Below, in pieces: positions 35,856 to 45,064 of a stretch of DNA of 64,000 nucleotides. Numbering within the stretch: position 1 is the first letter of the stretch; every line of letters starts with the position of its first letter. Origin of the DNA: Longimicrobiales bacterium (GTDB taxonomy: Bacteria > Gemmatimonadota > Gemmatimonadetes > Longimicrobiales > Gaopeijiaceae). The position numbers and the translations under genes were made by a program. The DNA lies in contig OZ242008.1 in NCBI GenBank assembly GCA_965204735.1, forward strand, positions 1,728,001 to 1,792,000, written 5' to 3'. The notes beneath the pieces were generated by a model. The model saw nothing but the letters and a program-made list of their open reading frames with translations. It made no database searches and was not told where the DNA came from.

Positions 35856-37807
35856 AACCTTATTCGAGGGCCCCTCATGCGGGTCCTGACCAGCACCAAG
35901 CGGCCAACTACGCGGCCCTGCTCATCGACTTCGACAACGTCACGATGGGCATGAGGAGCGACTTGGCCAAAGAGTTCAAGAACCTCCTCGACTCCGACGT
36001 GATCAAGGGCAAGGTGACGGTGCAGCGGGCCTACGCCGACTGGCGCAGGTACCCCCAGTACATCGTCCCCCTGTCGGAGGCCTCCATCGACCTGATCTTC
36101 GCGCCGGCCTACGGGAGCTCGAAGAAGAACGCCACCGACATTCGGATGGCCATCGACGGCATGGAGCTCGTCTTCATACGGCCCGAGATCGGAACCTTCA
36201 TCCTCTTCACCGGCGACTCGGACTTCTCCAGCTTGGTCCTGAAGCTGAAGGAGTACGGGAAGTACGTGATCGGGATCGGCATTCAGGAATCCAGCTCCGA
36301 CATCCTCGTCCAGAACTGCCACGAGTACTACTCGTACACCTCGGTCGCCGGGCTCAGCAAGACGTCCGAGGGCGGACGTCGGCAGGACGGACTCGACCCT
36401 TGGCAGTGCGCCGGCGAGGCTGTGGCGCGCATGGCGTCGCGGGGGGACGCGATGCGCTCCGACCGGCTGAAGCAGGTCATGATGGAGCTCTCCCCCGGCT
36501 TCGACGAACGGGACTTGGGCTTCAGGAAGTTCTCCAAGTTCGTTGCCGAGGCCGCCAAGAAGGGGCTGCTGCGCATCGAGCGGCGCGAGAACGGACAGTA
36601 CGAGGTGGCCCCGCCGGCGGAGAGGGGAAGCGACGGCCGTCCGGCGGCTGCGCCCTCCACGGCCGGCGCCGGCAAGGGATCCGCGGCCGGCAAGGGAGCT
36701 GCGGCGGGAAGGAGCAGCGGCGCCGGCAAGGGTTCCGCAACGGCGAAGACGTCCGCGAGCGGCCCCCCCAACGGCCAACCGCCTCGCAGGAAGGACCGCA
36801 AGGGGAAGGCGCCGGAGCCGACTCCAGCCGCCGGCGAGAAGGACGCCGCCGCATCGGCCGACGCGGAGACGGAAGCAGGGAAGGGGCGCCGCGCGGCGCT
36901 GCGTCTGCTGGAGCGCGCGCTTCGGGAGTTCGGCGAGAAGGCGGAGCAGGGGGTTCGGGACTCGGACGTCAAGCGCAAGCTCATCGCGCTGGACGCCCAC
37001 TTCGACGAAGGCCGCCTGGGGTTCGGCAAGTTCAGCAAGTTCCTCCTCTTCGCCGAGACCCAGGGCGTGGTGGCCGTGACCCGCCTGGAAGGGGGGAGCT
37101 TCGAGGCGCGGGTCCCGTCCGCCGAGCTGGATGCCAAGCTCCTGGGCCTGCCCACCACCGTGGAGTCCATCAAGAGCTACCTGACCAACCGGTACAAGGG
37201 AATCGGGGTCAAGACCGCGGACAAGCTGATCGCGTCCTTCGGCACAGAGCTGTTCACCGTGTTGCGGGACGAGCCCGAAAAGGTGCGCGAGGTTCTCCCC
37301 AAGGCTCGGGCAGTGCGCGTGCTGGCCGCCTGGAACGAGGACCACCAGCGTCGGAGCAAGCCGCATGGGGGCCGGGGGAAGGCGTCGCCGCGCACTTCGG
37401 CCTCTCCCGGCGGTCCGGGCCGCCCCGACCCGGCGCTGACTTCCCGCGAATCCGCCCCGCCGACGGAGCGGACGCCCTTGCCGACGGAACGGGCGAACGC
37501 CCCCGGGGGCAAGCCGGGCGCCCTGACCGTCCACGAGCCCCGGGTGCGCCACTTCGGCCGGGGAAGGACGGGCGCCAAGGCCGGCCCGGGCGGCTCCGGA
37601 CCTGGAGTGGTCGGGTCCGACGCCCGCGCAGCCCCCTCCGCCGCCAAGGTGGCCGAAGCCGCCGTCGCCGCGGACGCCGCGGCCGGTGCAGCCACCGCGC
37701 TCTCCGCCGAAGCGGATGCTCCCGCGTCGCGCAAGCGGGCGGCTTCCGGGGTGCGGCGCTTCTTCGCGCGACGCGGCCGGGGACGCGTCGCAGACGATGG
37801 GAAGTGA
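35852..37807 (+). CDS. NYN (LabA/DUF88) nuclease with two OST-HTH/LOTUS domains and a C-terminal HhH-like domain
   Basis: LIDFDN, RAYADW, KNATDIRMAID, TGDSDF; LOTUS motifs FDERDLGFRKFSKFV and FDEGRLGFGKFSKFL; YKGIGVKTADKLIASFG. Confidence 0.87.
   Translation: MKPYSRAPHAGPDQHQAANYAALLIDFDNVTMGMRSDLAKEFKNLLDSDVIKGKVTVQRAYADWRRYPQYIVPLSEASIDLIFAPAYGSSKKNATDIRMAIDGMELVFIRPEIGTFILFTGDSDFSSLVLKLKEYGKYVIGIGIQESSSDILVQNCHEYYSYTSVAGLSKTSEGGRRQDGLDPWQCAGEAVARMASRGDAMRSDRLKQVMMELSPGFDERDLGFRKFSKFVAEAAKKGLLRIERRENGQYEVAPPAERGSDGRPAAAPSTAGAGKGSAAGKGAAAGRSSGAGKGSATAKTSASGPPNGQPPRRKDRKGKAPEPTPAAGEKDAAASADAETEAGKGRRAALRLLERALREFGEKAEQGVRDSDVKRKLIALDAHFDEGRLGFGKFSKFLLFAETQGVVAVTRLEGGSFEARVPSAELDAKLLGLPTTVESIKSYLTNRYKGIGVKTADKLIASFGTELFTVLRDEPEKVREVLPKARAVRVLAAWNEDHQRRSKPHGGRGKASPRTSASPGGPGRPDPALTSRESAPPTERTPLPTERANAPGGKPGALTVHEPRVRHFGRGRTGAKAGPGGSGPGVVGSDARAAPSAAKVAEAAVAADAAAGAATALSAEADAPASRKRAASGVRRFFARRGRGRVADDGK
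36668..36739. repeat. 18-bp tandem repeat, 4 copies (AGKGSA) in the NYN protein linker
   Basis: GCCGGCAAGGG-type units at an 18-nt period. Confidence 0.75.
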
Positions 37808-38393
37808 CGAGGATTCCTTTCCGGCCGACCTGCTGAGCGGAGACTGCGCCGAGGCGGCCCGGCGTCTGCTGGGAAGCGTTCTCGCGTCCACGGTCGCCGG
37901 ACGACCGGCCAGCGGCACGATCGTGGAGGCCGAGGCCTATCTGGGACCCCACGACCCGGCGAGCCACGCCCGCGCCTCCGTCGGCAAGACACGCCGCAAC
38001 GCGGCCATGTTCGGGGAGCGGGGCACCCTCTACGTCTACCTCTCCCACGGCGTGCACCACTGCGCCAACGTCGTCACGGGGGAGAGCGGCGACCCGGCCG
38101 CCGTGCTGATCCGCGCCCTGGAGCCCCTGGACGGCCTCGACGTCATGGCCGCTCGCCGCCGCCGCGACGCGGACCTCTGCAACGGCCCGGGGCGACTGGC
38201 CCAAGCGCTGGGCATCACCCTGCGCCACAACGGCCACTCGCTCTCCCGTCCGCCCCTTCGTCTCCTGGCGGGAAAGCCCTTCCACGACTCGGAGGTGGGC
38301 GCCTCGGGCAGGATCGGCGTGTCCCGGGCGACGGAGTGGCCGCTGCGCTTCTTCGTCAAGGGGCACCCTGCCGTGAAGCCGCCGCGGTGGTGA
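37797..38393 (+). CDS. mpg: DNA-3-methyladenine glycosylase (MPG/AAG family)
   Basis: IVEAEAY, DPASHA, YVYLSHGVHHCANVV, AVLIRALEP, NGPGRLAQALGI, RIGVS. Confidence 0.93.
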   Translation: MGSDEDSFPADLLSGDCAEAARRLLGSVLASTVAGRPASGTIVEAEAYLGPHDPASHARASVGKTRRNAAMFGERGTLYVYLSHGVHHCANVVTGESGDPAAVLIRALEPLDGLDVMAARRRRDADLCNGPGRLAQALGITLRHNGHSLSRPPLRLLAGKPFHDSEVGASGRIGVSRATEWPLRFFVKGHPAVKPPRW

Positions 38394-38401
38394 CGTTGTG
38401 T

Positions 38402-38420
38402 TACTTTGCGTCATAAAGTA
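38402..38420. promoter_or_regulatory. Palindromic operator upstream of the DUF4153 gene
   Basis: TACTTT-N7-AAAGTA in an AT-rich patch about 57 nt before ATG 38478. Confidence 0.55.
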
Positions 38421-38477
38421 GATTGCGGCGGCGTCGCGACGTCCGACCGCCTAGCCTCACGAAACGGAGAACAGCCC

Positions 38478-40310
38478 ATGAAGACGAAGCTTCCTCCCGT
38501 TCGCCGACTCCTCTCGGACGGCTGGGCCGCGGCCCAACGGTTCCCCGAGGCGGTTCTCTGCGGCCTCGTGGCCGGCACCGCCGGCGCCGCCGGCATCGAC
38601 GCGGCCGACGAGCGGTTCTGGTTCCGCATCTGCTTTGCCGCGACTCTCGGACTGCCGCTCTTCGTGACCCTGGTCCTGACCGGCGAACGCCGCGGCTGGA
38701 CGGACGCGTGGCGCTGGGCGGCTCGCGCAGGCGGAGCGGCCCTTCTGGTCGCTTGGTGGGCGGCGAGCGGAGGCTGGCAGATGAACATCATCCCCGTGCG
38801 CTTCGTCCACACGGCCCTGACGCTCCACTTGGCCGCGGCGTCGCTTCCGTACCTGGGCGCCCGAGAGCCCTGGGGCTTCTGGCAGTACAACCGCGCCCTC
38901 TTCTTCCGCTTCCTGGTGGCGGTGATCTACGCGGCCGCCGTCTTCGTGGGAGTCGCCCTGGCAGTGGCGGCGCTCGACAACCTCTTCGGCGTGGACGTGC
39001 CGGAGGAGACCTATGGACGGCTTTGGTTCGCGGCCGCCTTCGGCCTTCACCCGCTGGTGTTCCTCGCGGGGGTGCCGAAGGAGTTCGCGAGCCTGAACGA
39101 GAACCGCGACTACCCGAAAGGGCTCCGCATATTCTCGCAAAACGTCATGCTGCCCCTGGTGGGCCTCTACGTGGCGATCCTCACGACCTACCTGGTCAAG
39201 ATCCTGATCACCGGGACGTGGCCCAGCGGGTGGGTCAGCTACCTGGTGTCGGCTCTGGCCGTGATCGGGATATTCTCACTTCTCATGGTGCATCCGGAGC
39301 GGATGCGGACGGAGCGGAACTGGATCGACCGCTACGCCCTCGGCTTCTGGATCGCCATCCTGTACTCGGCGGTGATGGTCCTGGTGGCTCTCTGGCAGCG
39401 CATCGACCAGTACGGGATCACGGAGGCGCGGTACATCCTGGGCGTGCTCGCCGTATGGCTGGCCGCCACGGCGCTGCACCGGGTGATCACGCGCACCCGG
39501 GACATCAAGGCGATTCCCACGACCCTGGCCGTCGTCGGAGCGTTGACGCTGGCGGGACCCTGGTCGGCCTACTCCGTCGCGAAGAGAAGCCAGCTGGGAA
39601 GGATCGAGGAGATTCTGACCACCCACGGCGCGCTCTCGGGCAACGACCTGTCGTCCGAACCGAGGGAGATACCCTTCGAGGAGTGGCGTCAGGTGGAGGA
39701 CGTGGCGCTGTACTTGGTGGACAACCACGGCACCGGCGCCTTCGACCGCTGGACCGGAGGCGTCGGGAACGGCGACGAACGATGGGCGACGGAGCCGGCC
39801 CTCGACTGGAACGGCCTCAAGGAGCGGACCGACGGGGTGGTGGCGCGGCTGGGCGTCCGGCCGGGTCCCGTGGGACGACCCGTCGAGCTGCACGCGGCGA
39901 GTCCCCGCGAACCGCTCTCCACCGAGGGCTACGACCTCGTGGCGGCCCTCGGCGCCGCAGCCGAGGCGACGATCGACGGGAACACCGTGCGCTTCGCCCT
40001 CTCGGAGGACGGCTTGGCGGTTGTCGCGACGGTGGGCGGCAGAGAGTCGCGGACGTCCCTGGCGCCGTTGATGGAGCGGGCGCAAGCCGCCAAGGAAGCG
40101 CTCTCGGACGACGCCGGCCGCCCGGCGACGGACGGCACCGCGAGGGTGGAGGTCCCGGCCGGGGAGCTGGCCCTGGACGTTGCCGCGGACGGGCTGTCCA
40201 TGCGGTTGGCGCTGGCTTGGCTGCGCGTGGAGGACCTGGAGGGCGGGACGGTTGCCACCGACATGGGAGTGGACGCGGTCCTGCTCCGGCGAAGCACGCC
40301 GTCGGGGTAG
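38478..40310 (+). CDS. DUF4153-like multi-pass membrane protein
   Basis: RFP near the N-terminus, FWQYN, LPLVGLYVAIL..Y, RIDQYGITEARY, SQLGRIE; many TM helices. Confidence 0.8.
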   Translation: MKTKLPPVRRLLSDGWAAAQRFPEAVLCGLVAGTAGAAGIDAADERFWFRICFAATLGLPLFVTLVLTGERRGWTDAWRWAARAGGAALLVAWWAASGGWQMNIIPVRFVHTALTLHLAAASLPYLGAREPWGFWQYNRALFFRFLVAVIYAAAVFVGVALAVAALDNLFGVDVPEETYGRLWFAAAFGLHPLVFLAGVPKEFASLNENRDYPKGLRIFSQNVMLPLVGLYVAILTTYLVKILITGTWPSGWVSYLVSALAVIGIFSLLMVHPERMRTERNWIDRYALGFWIAILYSAVMVLVALWQRIDQYGITEARYILGVLAVWLAATALHRVITRTRDIKAIPTTLAVVGALTLAGPWSAYSVAKRSQLGRIEEILTTHGALSGNDLSSEPREIPFEEWRQVEDVALYLVDNHGTGAFDRWTGGVGNGDERWATEPALDWNGLKERTDGVVARLGVRPGPVGRPVELHAASPREPLSTEGYDLVAALGAAAEATIDGNTVRFALSEDGLAVVATVGGRESRTSLAPLMERAQAAKEALSDDAGRPATDGTARVEVPAGELALDVAADGLSMRLALAWLRVEDLEGGTVATDMGVDAVLLRRSTPSG

Positions 40311-40402
40311 GCAAGGCCGCGCAGGGGGCCGCAGGGGCCATCCTTGTTGCTTTCGCCCTTGCCCTGGGGGTCCATGTCGGGGTAGGCAAGGCCGCGCAGG
40401 GG
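40301..40402. repeat. 27-bp perfect direct repeat, 2 copies
   Basis: GTCGGGGTAGGCAAGGCCGCGCAGGGG at 40301-40327 and 40376-40402. Confidence 0.85.
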
Positions 40403-40434
40403 CTGCGGGCTGCAGGGGTGTTAGCTTGTCTCCC

Positions 40435-41862
40435 ATGAGCACCGTCGCCGATCCAACTTGGCTCTCCGTCCTCCCGCCGCTGCTGGCCATCGGGCTGGCC
40501 GTCGCCACCCGCCAGGTCTATCTCTCCCTTGCCGGCGGAATATGGCTCGGGTGGACGATTCTTCGCGGGTGGAACCCGGCCGCTGGACTCGGAGAGGCGG
40601 TCGAGTCCGCCGTCAGGGTCCTGGGCGACGCCGGGGACGCTCGGGTCGTCATGTTCACCTTGGTGATGGGCGCGCTGATCGCGACCCTCAGCGCCTCCGG
40701 CGGCGTGGCCGGCTTCGTGGGCTGGCTCGAGCGGAACCGCTGGGTCGACAACGGCCGCCGGTCCCAGCTGCTGGCGTGGGCGACGGGCGTGGCGATCTTT
40801 GTCGAGTCCAACATCACGGTGCTGGTGGCGGGCGCCGTCTGCCGCCCGCTCTTCGACCGCTACCGGACCTCCCGGGAGAAGCTCGCCTACCTGATCGACT
40901 CGACCAGCGCGCCGATCTGCATCCTGATCCCGCTGAACGCCTGGGGCGCCTACAACCTGGGCATCCTCGGCGGCGCCGAGGTGGGCGTGGAGAACCCGCT
41001 GGCCGTCTTTCTCCAGTCGATCCCCTTCAACTTCTACGCCTTCGCCGCAGTGGCCCTGGCTCTGGCGGTCGCCCTCTTCAAGCTGGACTGGGGTCCCATG
41101 AAGGACGCCGAGGCACGGGCGGCGCGGGGAGAAGTCCTTCGCCCGGGCGCCACTCCCATGATGGACGAAGACGTCCTCGGCGGCGGCGAGGAGCCCCCCG
41201 TTGCGCCCCGGGCGTCCAACATGATCGTCCCGATCGCGGCGCTCGTGGTTCTGATGCCCGTCGGCCTCTGGATCACGGGCGACGGCGACCTTCGCCAGGG
41301 CAGCGGCTCGACTTCGGTCCTTTGGGCTGCCTTGGGGGCCCTGGCGTCGGCGTGGTTCCTGCTGCTGGCCCAGCGCGCATACTCGGTCGACGCCCTGGTG
41401 CGGATCGCCCTGCGGGGGGCCGGCGGGCTGGTTCCCCTTGCGCTGATCCTGATCCTTGCCCTGGCGCTGGGAGACGTGGCCGGCCACCTGGGCACCGGCG
41501 CCTACGTGGCGCAAGCCACCGAGGGCGTGCTGCCGCCGGCCGTCTTCCTTCCGCTGGTGTTCGTCGTGTCGTCGGCGATCGCGTTCTCGATCGGGTCCAG
41601 CTGGGGCACTTTCGCGATCATGATCCCCATCGCGGTGCCCGCCGCCGTCCTCCTGGGACTCCCGCCCGCGCCGTTCCTGGCGGCGGCGCTCTCCGGGGGC
41701 ATCTTCGGCGACCACTGTTCCCCCGTGAGCGACACCACGATCATATCTTCCATGGCGGCCGCCACGGACCACGTGGACCATGTGCGGACCCAGCTGCCCT
41801 ACGCCCTTGCCGGCGGAGCGGTGGCGGCGGCGTGCTTCACGGTGGCGGGGGCGCTGCTGTAG
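40435..41862 (+). CDS. NhaC-family Na+/H+ antiporter-like transporter
   Basis: WLSVLPPLLAI, SREKLAYLIDSTSAP, GSSWGTFAIM, IFGDHCSPVSDTTIISS, DHVRTQLPYA. Confidence 0.9.
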   Translation: MSTVADPTWLSVLPPLLAIGLAVATRQVYLSLAGGIWLGWTILRGWNPAAGLGEAVESAVRVLGDAGDARVVMFTLVMGALIATLSASGGVAGFVGWLERNRWVDNGRRSQLLAWATGVAIFVESNITVLVAGAVCRPLFDRYRTSREKLAYLIDSTSAPICILIPLNAWGAYNLGILGGAEVGVENPLAVFLQSIPFNFYAFAAVALALAVALFKLDWGPMKDAEARAARGEVLRPGATPMMDEDVLGGGEEPPVAPRASNMIVPIAALVVLMPVGLWITGDGDLRQGSGSTSVLWAALGALASAWFLLLAQRAYSVDALVRIALRGAGGLVPLALILILALALGDVAGHLGTGAYVAQATEGVLPPAVFLPLVFVVSSAIAFSIGSSWGTFAIMIPIAVPAAVLLGLPPAPFLAAALSGGIFGDHCSPVSDTTIISSMAAATDHVDHVRTQLPYALAGGAVAAACFTVAGALL

Positions 41863-41932
41863 GGCTCGCGGGTCCGGACCCCAGGAGGGCCTTCCGCACC
41901 AACCCGCCTCCCGCACCAACCCCAGGAGTCGT

Positions 41933-42682
41933 GTGAAGATCACGGTTTGCGTCAAGCGCGTTCCCGACACCGAGACTCGGATTCGCATCGCGGACAGCGG
42001 CGCCGAGATCGACGGGGACGGGGTCAAGTACGTGCTGAGTCCCTACGACGAGTTTGCTCTCGAGGCCGCTCTTCAGCTCGTGGAGGAAGCGGGTGCCGGC
42101 ACGGTCGCCGTGCTGAGCTTCGGCGACGACGCCACCAAGGAGTCGCTGCGGTCGGCGCTGGCGCTGGGCGCCCACCAGGCGTTGCTGCTCAAGGGCGAGC
42201 CCACAATGGACGGATGGGCCACGGCCCAGACCCTGGCGGCGGAGCTTGGGTCGGCCGACTCCGATCTGGCGCTCTTCGGGGTGAAGGCCGTGGACGGCGA
42301 CCAGCAGCAGGTGGGACCGATGGTGGCCGAGCTCCTGAACCGACCGTGCGCCACGGCCGTCGCGTCGATGGAAGTTGGCGACGGCGTGGTGGTGTGCCGG
42401 CGCGCGGTGGAGGGTGGACAGGAGGTCGTGGAGCTGGACCTGCCCGCCGTGGCGACGATCACCAAGGGCAAGTACGAGCCCCGATACGCGTCGCTTCGGG
42501 GCATCATGGCGGCAAAGCGCAAGCCCCTGCAGGAGAAGGAAGCGGCTCTGGTCGAGCCGGGGTTCGCCGTGGAGGCGCTGGAGCTTCCCCCGTCGCGGCC
42601 GGAGGGACGGATCGTGGGCGAAGGCCCGGGCGCGGCGTCCGAGCTGGTCCGGCTCTTGCGGGAAGAGGCGAAGGCGCTGTGA
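41933..42682 (+). CDS. etfB: Electron transfer flavoprotein beta subunit
   Basis: KITVCVKRVPD, PYDEFALE, AVDGDQQQVG, PRYASLRGIMAAK. Confidence 0.95.
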   Translation: MKITVCVKRVPDTETRIRIADSGAEIDGDGVKYVLSPYDEFALEAALQLVEEAGAGTVAVLSFGDDATKESLRSALALGAHQALLLKGEPTMDGWATAQTLAAELGSADSDLALFGVKAVDGDQQQVGPMVAELLNRPCATAVASMEVGDGVVVCRRAVEGGQEVVELDLPAVATITKGKYEPRYASLRGIMAAKRKPLQEKEAALVEPGFAVEALELPPSRPEGRIVGEGPGAASELVRLLREEAKAL

Positions 42683-43707
42683 CGACGCGCAACGTTCTTG
42701 TCGTGGCCGAAGCGGCCGACGGACGGCTTCGAGGGGTGTCGCGGGAGGTGGCGTCGGCGGCCCGGACGGTGGCCAACGCCCTGGGCGGCGAGGTTCACGC
42801 CTTCGCGGCCGGAGGGCCCGGGACGGCGGAAGCGGCTGCCGAGCTGGCCGGCTTCGGCGCCGAGAGGCTCGTGGTTGCAGAGTTGAAGGAGCCGGCGGCC
42901 GGCGGTCCAGGCGCCCACGCGGCGGTGCTGGCCGAGCATGTTCGCGCCGAGGGCTGCGCGGCCGTCTTCTTCGCTGCCACGACGTGGGGCAAGGACGTGG
43001 CCCCGCGGGCGGCGGCCAAGCTGGGCGTGTCCCTCCTCTCCGACGCGACGGCGCTCGCGGTCGACGGGGGCGACCTGCTGGTCGTTCGCCCGGTCTTCGC
43101 CGGCAAGGCGCTGGCGCGGGTCCGCCTCCCCTGCTCCCCGGCCGTGGTCTCTCTCCGACCCAACGTCTTCCCCGCCAGGGAAGTCCCCGGGCCCGCCACC
43201 CCGGCGGAGCTGCTCGCGGACCGGGCGGCCGCAGGGGCGCCGACGAGCTCGAGCAGCAGGGACGGAGGCGCTGGCGGCTACCGGGTGAAGGGCTTCGAAG
43301 CCGCCGGCGCCGCTGCGGTCGACGTGGCCGAAGCCGCCGTGGTGGTGTCGGGCGGGCGGGGAATGCAGGGTCCCGAGAATTGGCACGTGCTGGAGGATCT
43401 GCGCGACGCGCTGGGCGAGACGGCCGCTCTCGGCGCTTCCCGCGCCGTGGTGGATGCCGGATGGCGGCCCCACGCCGAGCAGGTGGGCCAAACGGGGAAG
43501 ACGGTCACGCCAACGCTCTACTTCGCGCTGGGCATATCCGGCGCCATCCAGCACTTGGCGGGCATGCGGACCTCCGGCGTGATCGTCGCCGTCAACCGCG
43601 ACCCGGACGCCCCGATCTTCGGGGTCGCCGACTACGGGATCGTGGGCGACGTCTTCGAGGTCGTCCCCGAGCTGGCAGCGGAGGTCCGCAAGTTGCGGGA
43701 AGAGTGA
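42679..43707 (+). CDS. etfA: Electron transfer flavoprotein alpha subunit
   Basis: [51 protein letters not shown]. Confidence 0.96.
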   Translation: MTTRNVLVVAEAADGRLRGVSREVASAARTVANALGGEVHAFAAGGPGTAEAAAELAGFGAERLVVAELKEPAAGGPGAHAAVLAEHVRAEGCAAVFFAATTWGKDVAPRAAAKLGVSLLSDATALAVDGGDLLVVRPVFAGKALARVRLPCSPAVVSLRPNVFPAREVPGPATPAELLADRAAAGAPTSSSSRDGGAGGYRVKGFEAAGAAAVDVAEAAVVVSGGRGMQGPENWHVLEDLRDALGETAALGASRAVVDAGWRPHAEQVGQTGKTVTPTLYFALGISGAIQHLAGMRTSGVIVAVNRDPDAPIFGVADYGIVGDVFEVVPELAAEVRKLREE

Positions 43708-43786
43708 CGCAACGGGTGGACGCGCGTGCCCGGCCGAGGACCGCGCGCTCTACAGGACGAAGCGCAGGACGACGCGCTCGAGGACC

Positions 43787-44410
43787 TCATCCGCTTCCGC
43801 GGTCCGACCACTCCGCCCGGAGAAGCGCCCAACCGGCGACCGCCGCGTAGCCGGCCCCGAACGCTGCGCCGCCCAGCCCTTGGCCGGAAGCCGCGTCGCC
43901 GAGGGCAAAGGCCAGCAGGACCGCGGCCGCGAAGGCTGCGAGAAGGCTGGCCAGGTTCGTCGCCGCCCACAGTGCGGGCCGGCGCGTCCGCCGCTGCGCG
44001 AAGATCCACAGCCCAACCGTGAAGGCGGCCAAGCCGGCCGCGGCGCCCGCCGCTGCCGCCGCCTCCGCGCTGGCCACGTCGCCCGTCGCCGACCAGACGC
44101 CCAGCCCCAGCGCGCCGCCGCCGGCGCCCGACAACGGCAGCCCGAAGAGGAGCGACCTCGCCCACGCCACGCGCCGCCGTCCGATCAGCCAAAGACCCGG
44201 CGCGACCCCGAGGGTCATCCCGCCCAACACCAGGGCGCCGATCGCCACCTCGGCGGCCACGTCGCCCAGCGCCTCCCCGACGGCCCAGCCCAACGGCTCG
44301 CTCAGGTGCCGGGCCGCGAACGCCGCCGCCCCGGCGCCGGCGGCGCTGGCGAGCACGCCCTGCAACCACGCTGTCCAATCCCGCGGACTCGACTCCGTCA
44401 TCTCGACCAT
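43787..44410 (-). CDS. Hypothetical multi-pass membrane protein
   Basis: Ala/Gly-rich, about 6 hydrophobic segments; GGAGAGAGG RBS-like tract upstream; co-oriented with the upstream operon. Confidence 0.55.
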   Translation of the reverse strand: MVEMTESSPRDWTAWLQGVLASAAGAGAAAFAARHLSEPLGWAVGEALGDVAAEVAIGALVLGGMTLGVAPGLWLIGRRRVAWARSLLFGLPLSGAGGGALGLGVWSATGDVASAEAAAAAGAAAGLAAFTVGLWIFAQRRTRRPALWAATNLASLLAAFAAAVLLAFALGDAASGQGLGGAAFGAGYAAVAGWALLRAEWSDRGSG

Positions 44411-44452
44411 TCCTCTCTCCCTTCGCCGTTCCCTCGTCGCCCGCCCCGTCGC

Positions 44453-45064
44453 TTACGGGTCGCTGCAGTCCCGCTGGTACCCGCAGTTCAGGCACAGCGC
44501 CTTGCAGTGCCGCTCCAGCACCGGCCCGCCGCACAGCTCGCACCCCGACTCGGCCATGTACCGGCGGCTGAGCGCCACGTAGTGCGCCGCGCTTCGCTCC
44601 GTCCACTCCGCCGCCCCCGCGCTCAGGGGCCGGACCCGCCCCGGCACCCCCGCCACCAGCCGTCGGTCCGGCACGACCGACCCTTCCTTCACCACCGCCC
44701 CCGCCGCGATCACGCACCCCTCGCCCACCACGGCCCGCTGGAGCACGGCGGCGCCCATTCCCACGACCGTCCTCCGCCCAATCCGGCAGCTTTCCAGCAC
44801 CGCGCCGTGCCCCACCGTCACCTCGTCCCCCACGACAGTGGCGCCCTGGGCGCTGACGTGCACCACCGCGTTGTCCTGGACGTTTGCCCGCGCCCCGATC
44901 CGGATCCCGTGCGCCGGATCGTCGCCCCTGGCCACGGCGCCGAACCACACGCTGGCCTCCTCGCCGATCTCCACGTCGCCGATCACCACCGCTCCCGGCG
45001 CCACGAACGCGCTCTCGGCGATCCGGGGACGCCGCCCCGCAAAGGCCAGCGCCCGCGCCGTCAC
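44453..45064 (-). CDS. Gamma-carbonic-anhydrase-family (YrdA/CaiE-like) protein with a C-terminal Cys-rich zinc ribbon
   Basis: Hexapeptide repeats VIGDVEIG, RGD, NVQDNAVVH, VTVGHGAVL; tail CELCGGPVLERHCKALCLNCGYQRDCSDP. Confidence 0.88.
   Translation of the reverse strand: MTARALAFAGRRPRIAESAFVAPGAVVIGDVEIGEEASVWFGAVARGDDPAHGIRIGARANVQDNAVVHVSAQGATVVGDEVTVGHGAVLESCRIGRRTVVGMGAAVLQRAVVGEGCVIAAGAVVKEGSVVPDRRLVAGVPGRVRPLSAGAAEWTERSAAHYVALSRRYMAESGCELCGGPVLERHCKALCLNCGYQRDCSDP

Noticed and set aside
40301..40402. Possible mini-CRISPR (27-bp repeat, 48-bp spacer)
   Set aside because: Only two copies, overlapping a stop codon; no cas genes or AT-rich leader.
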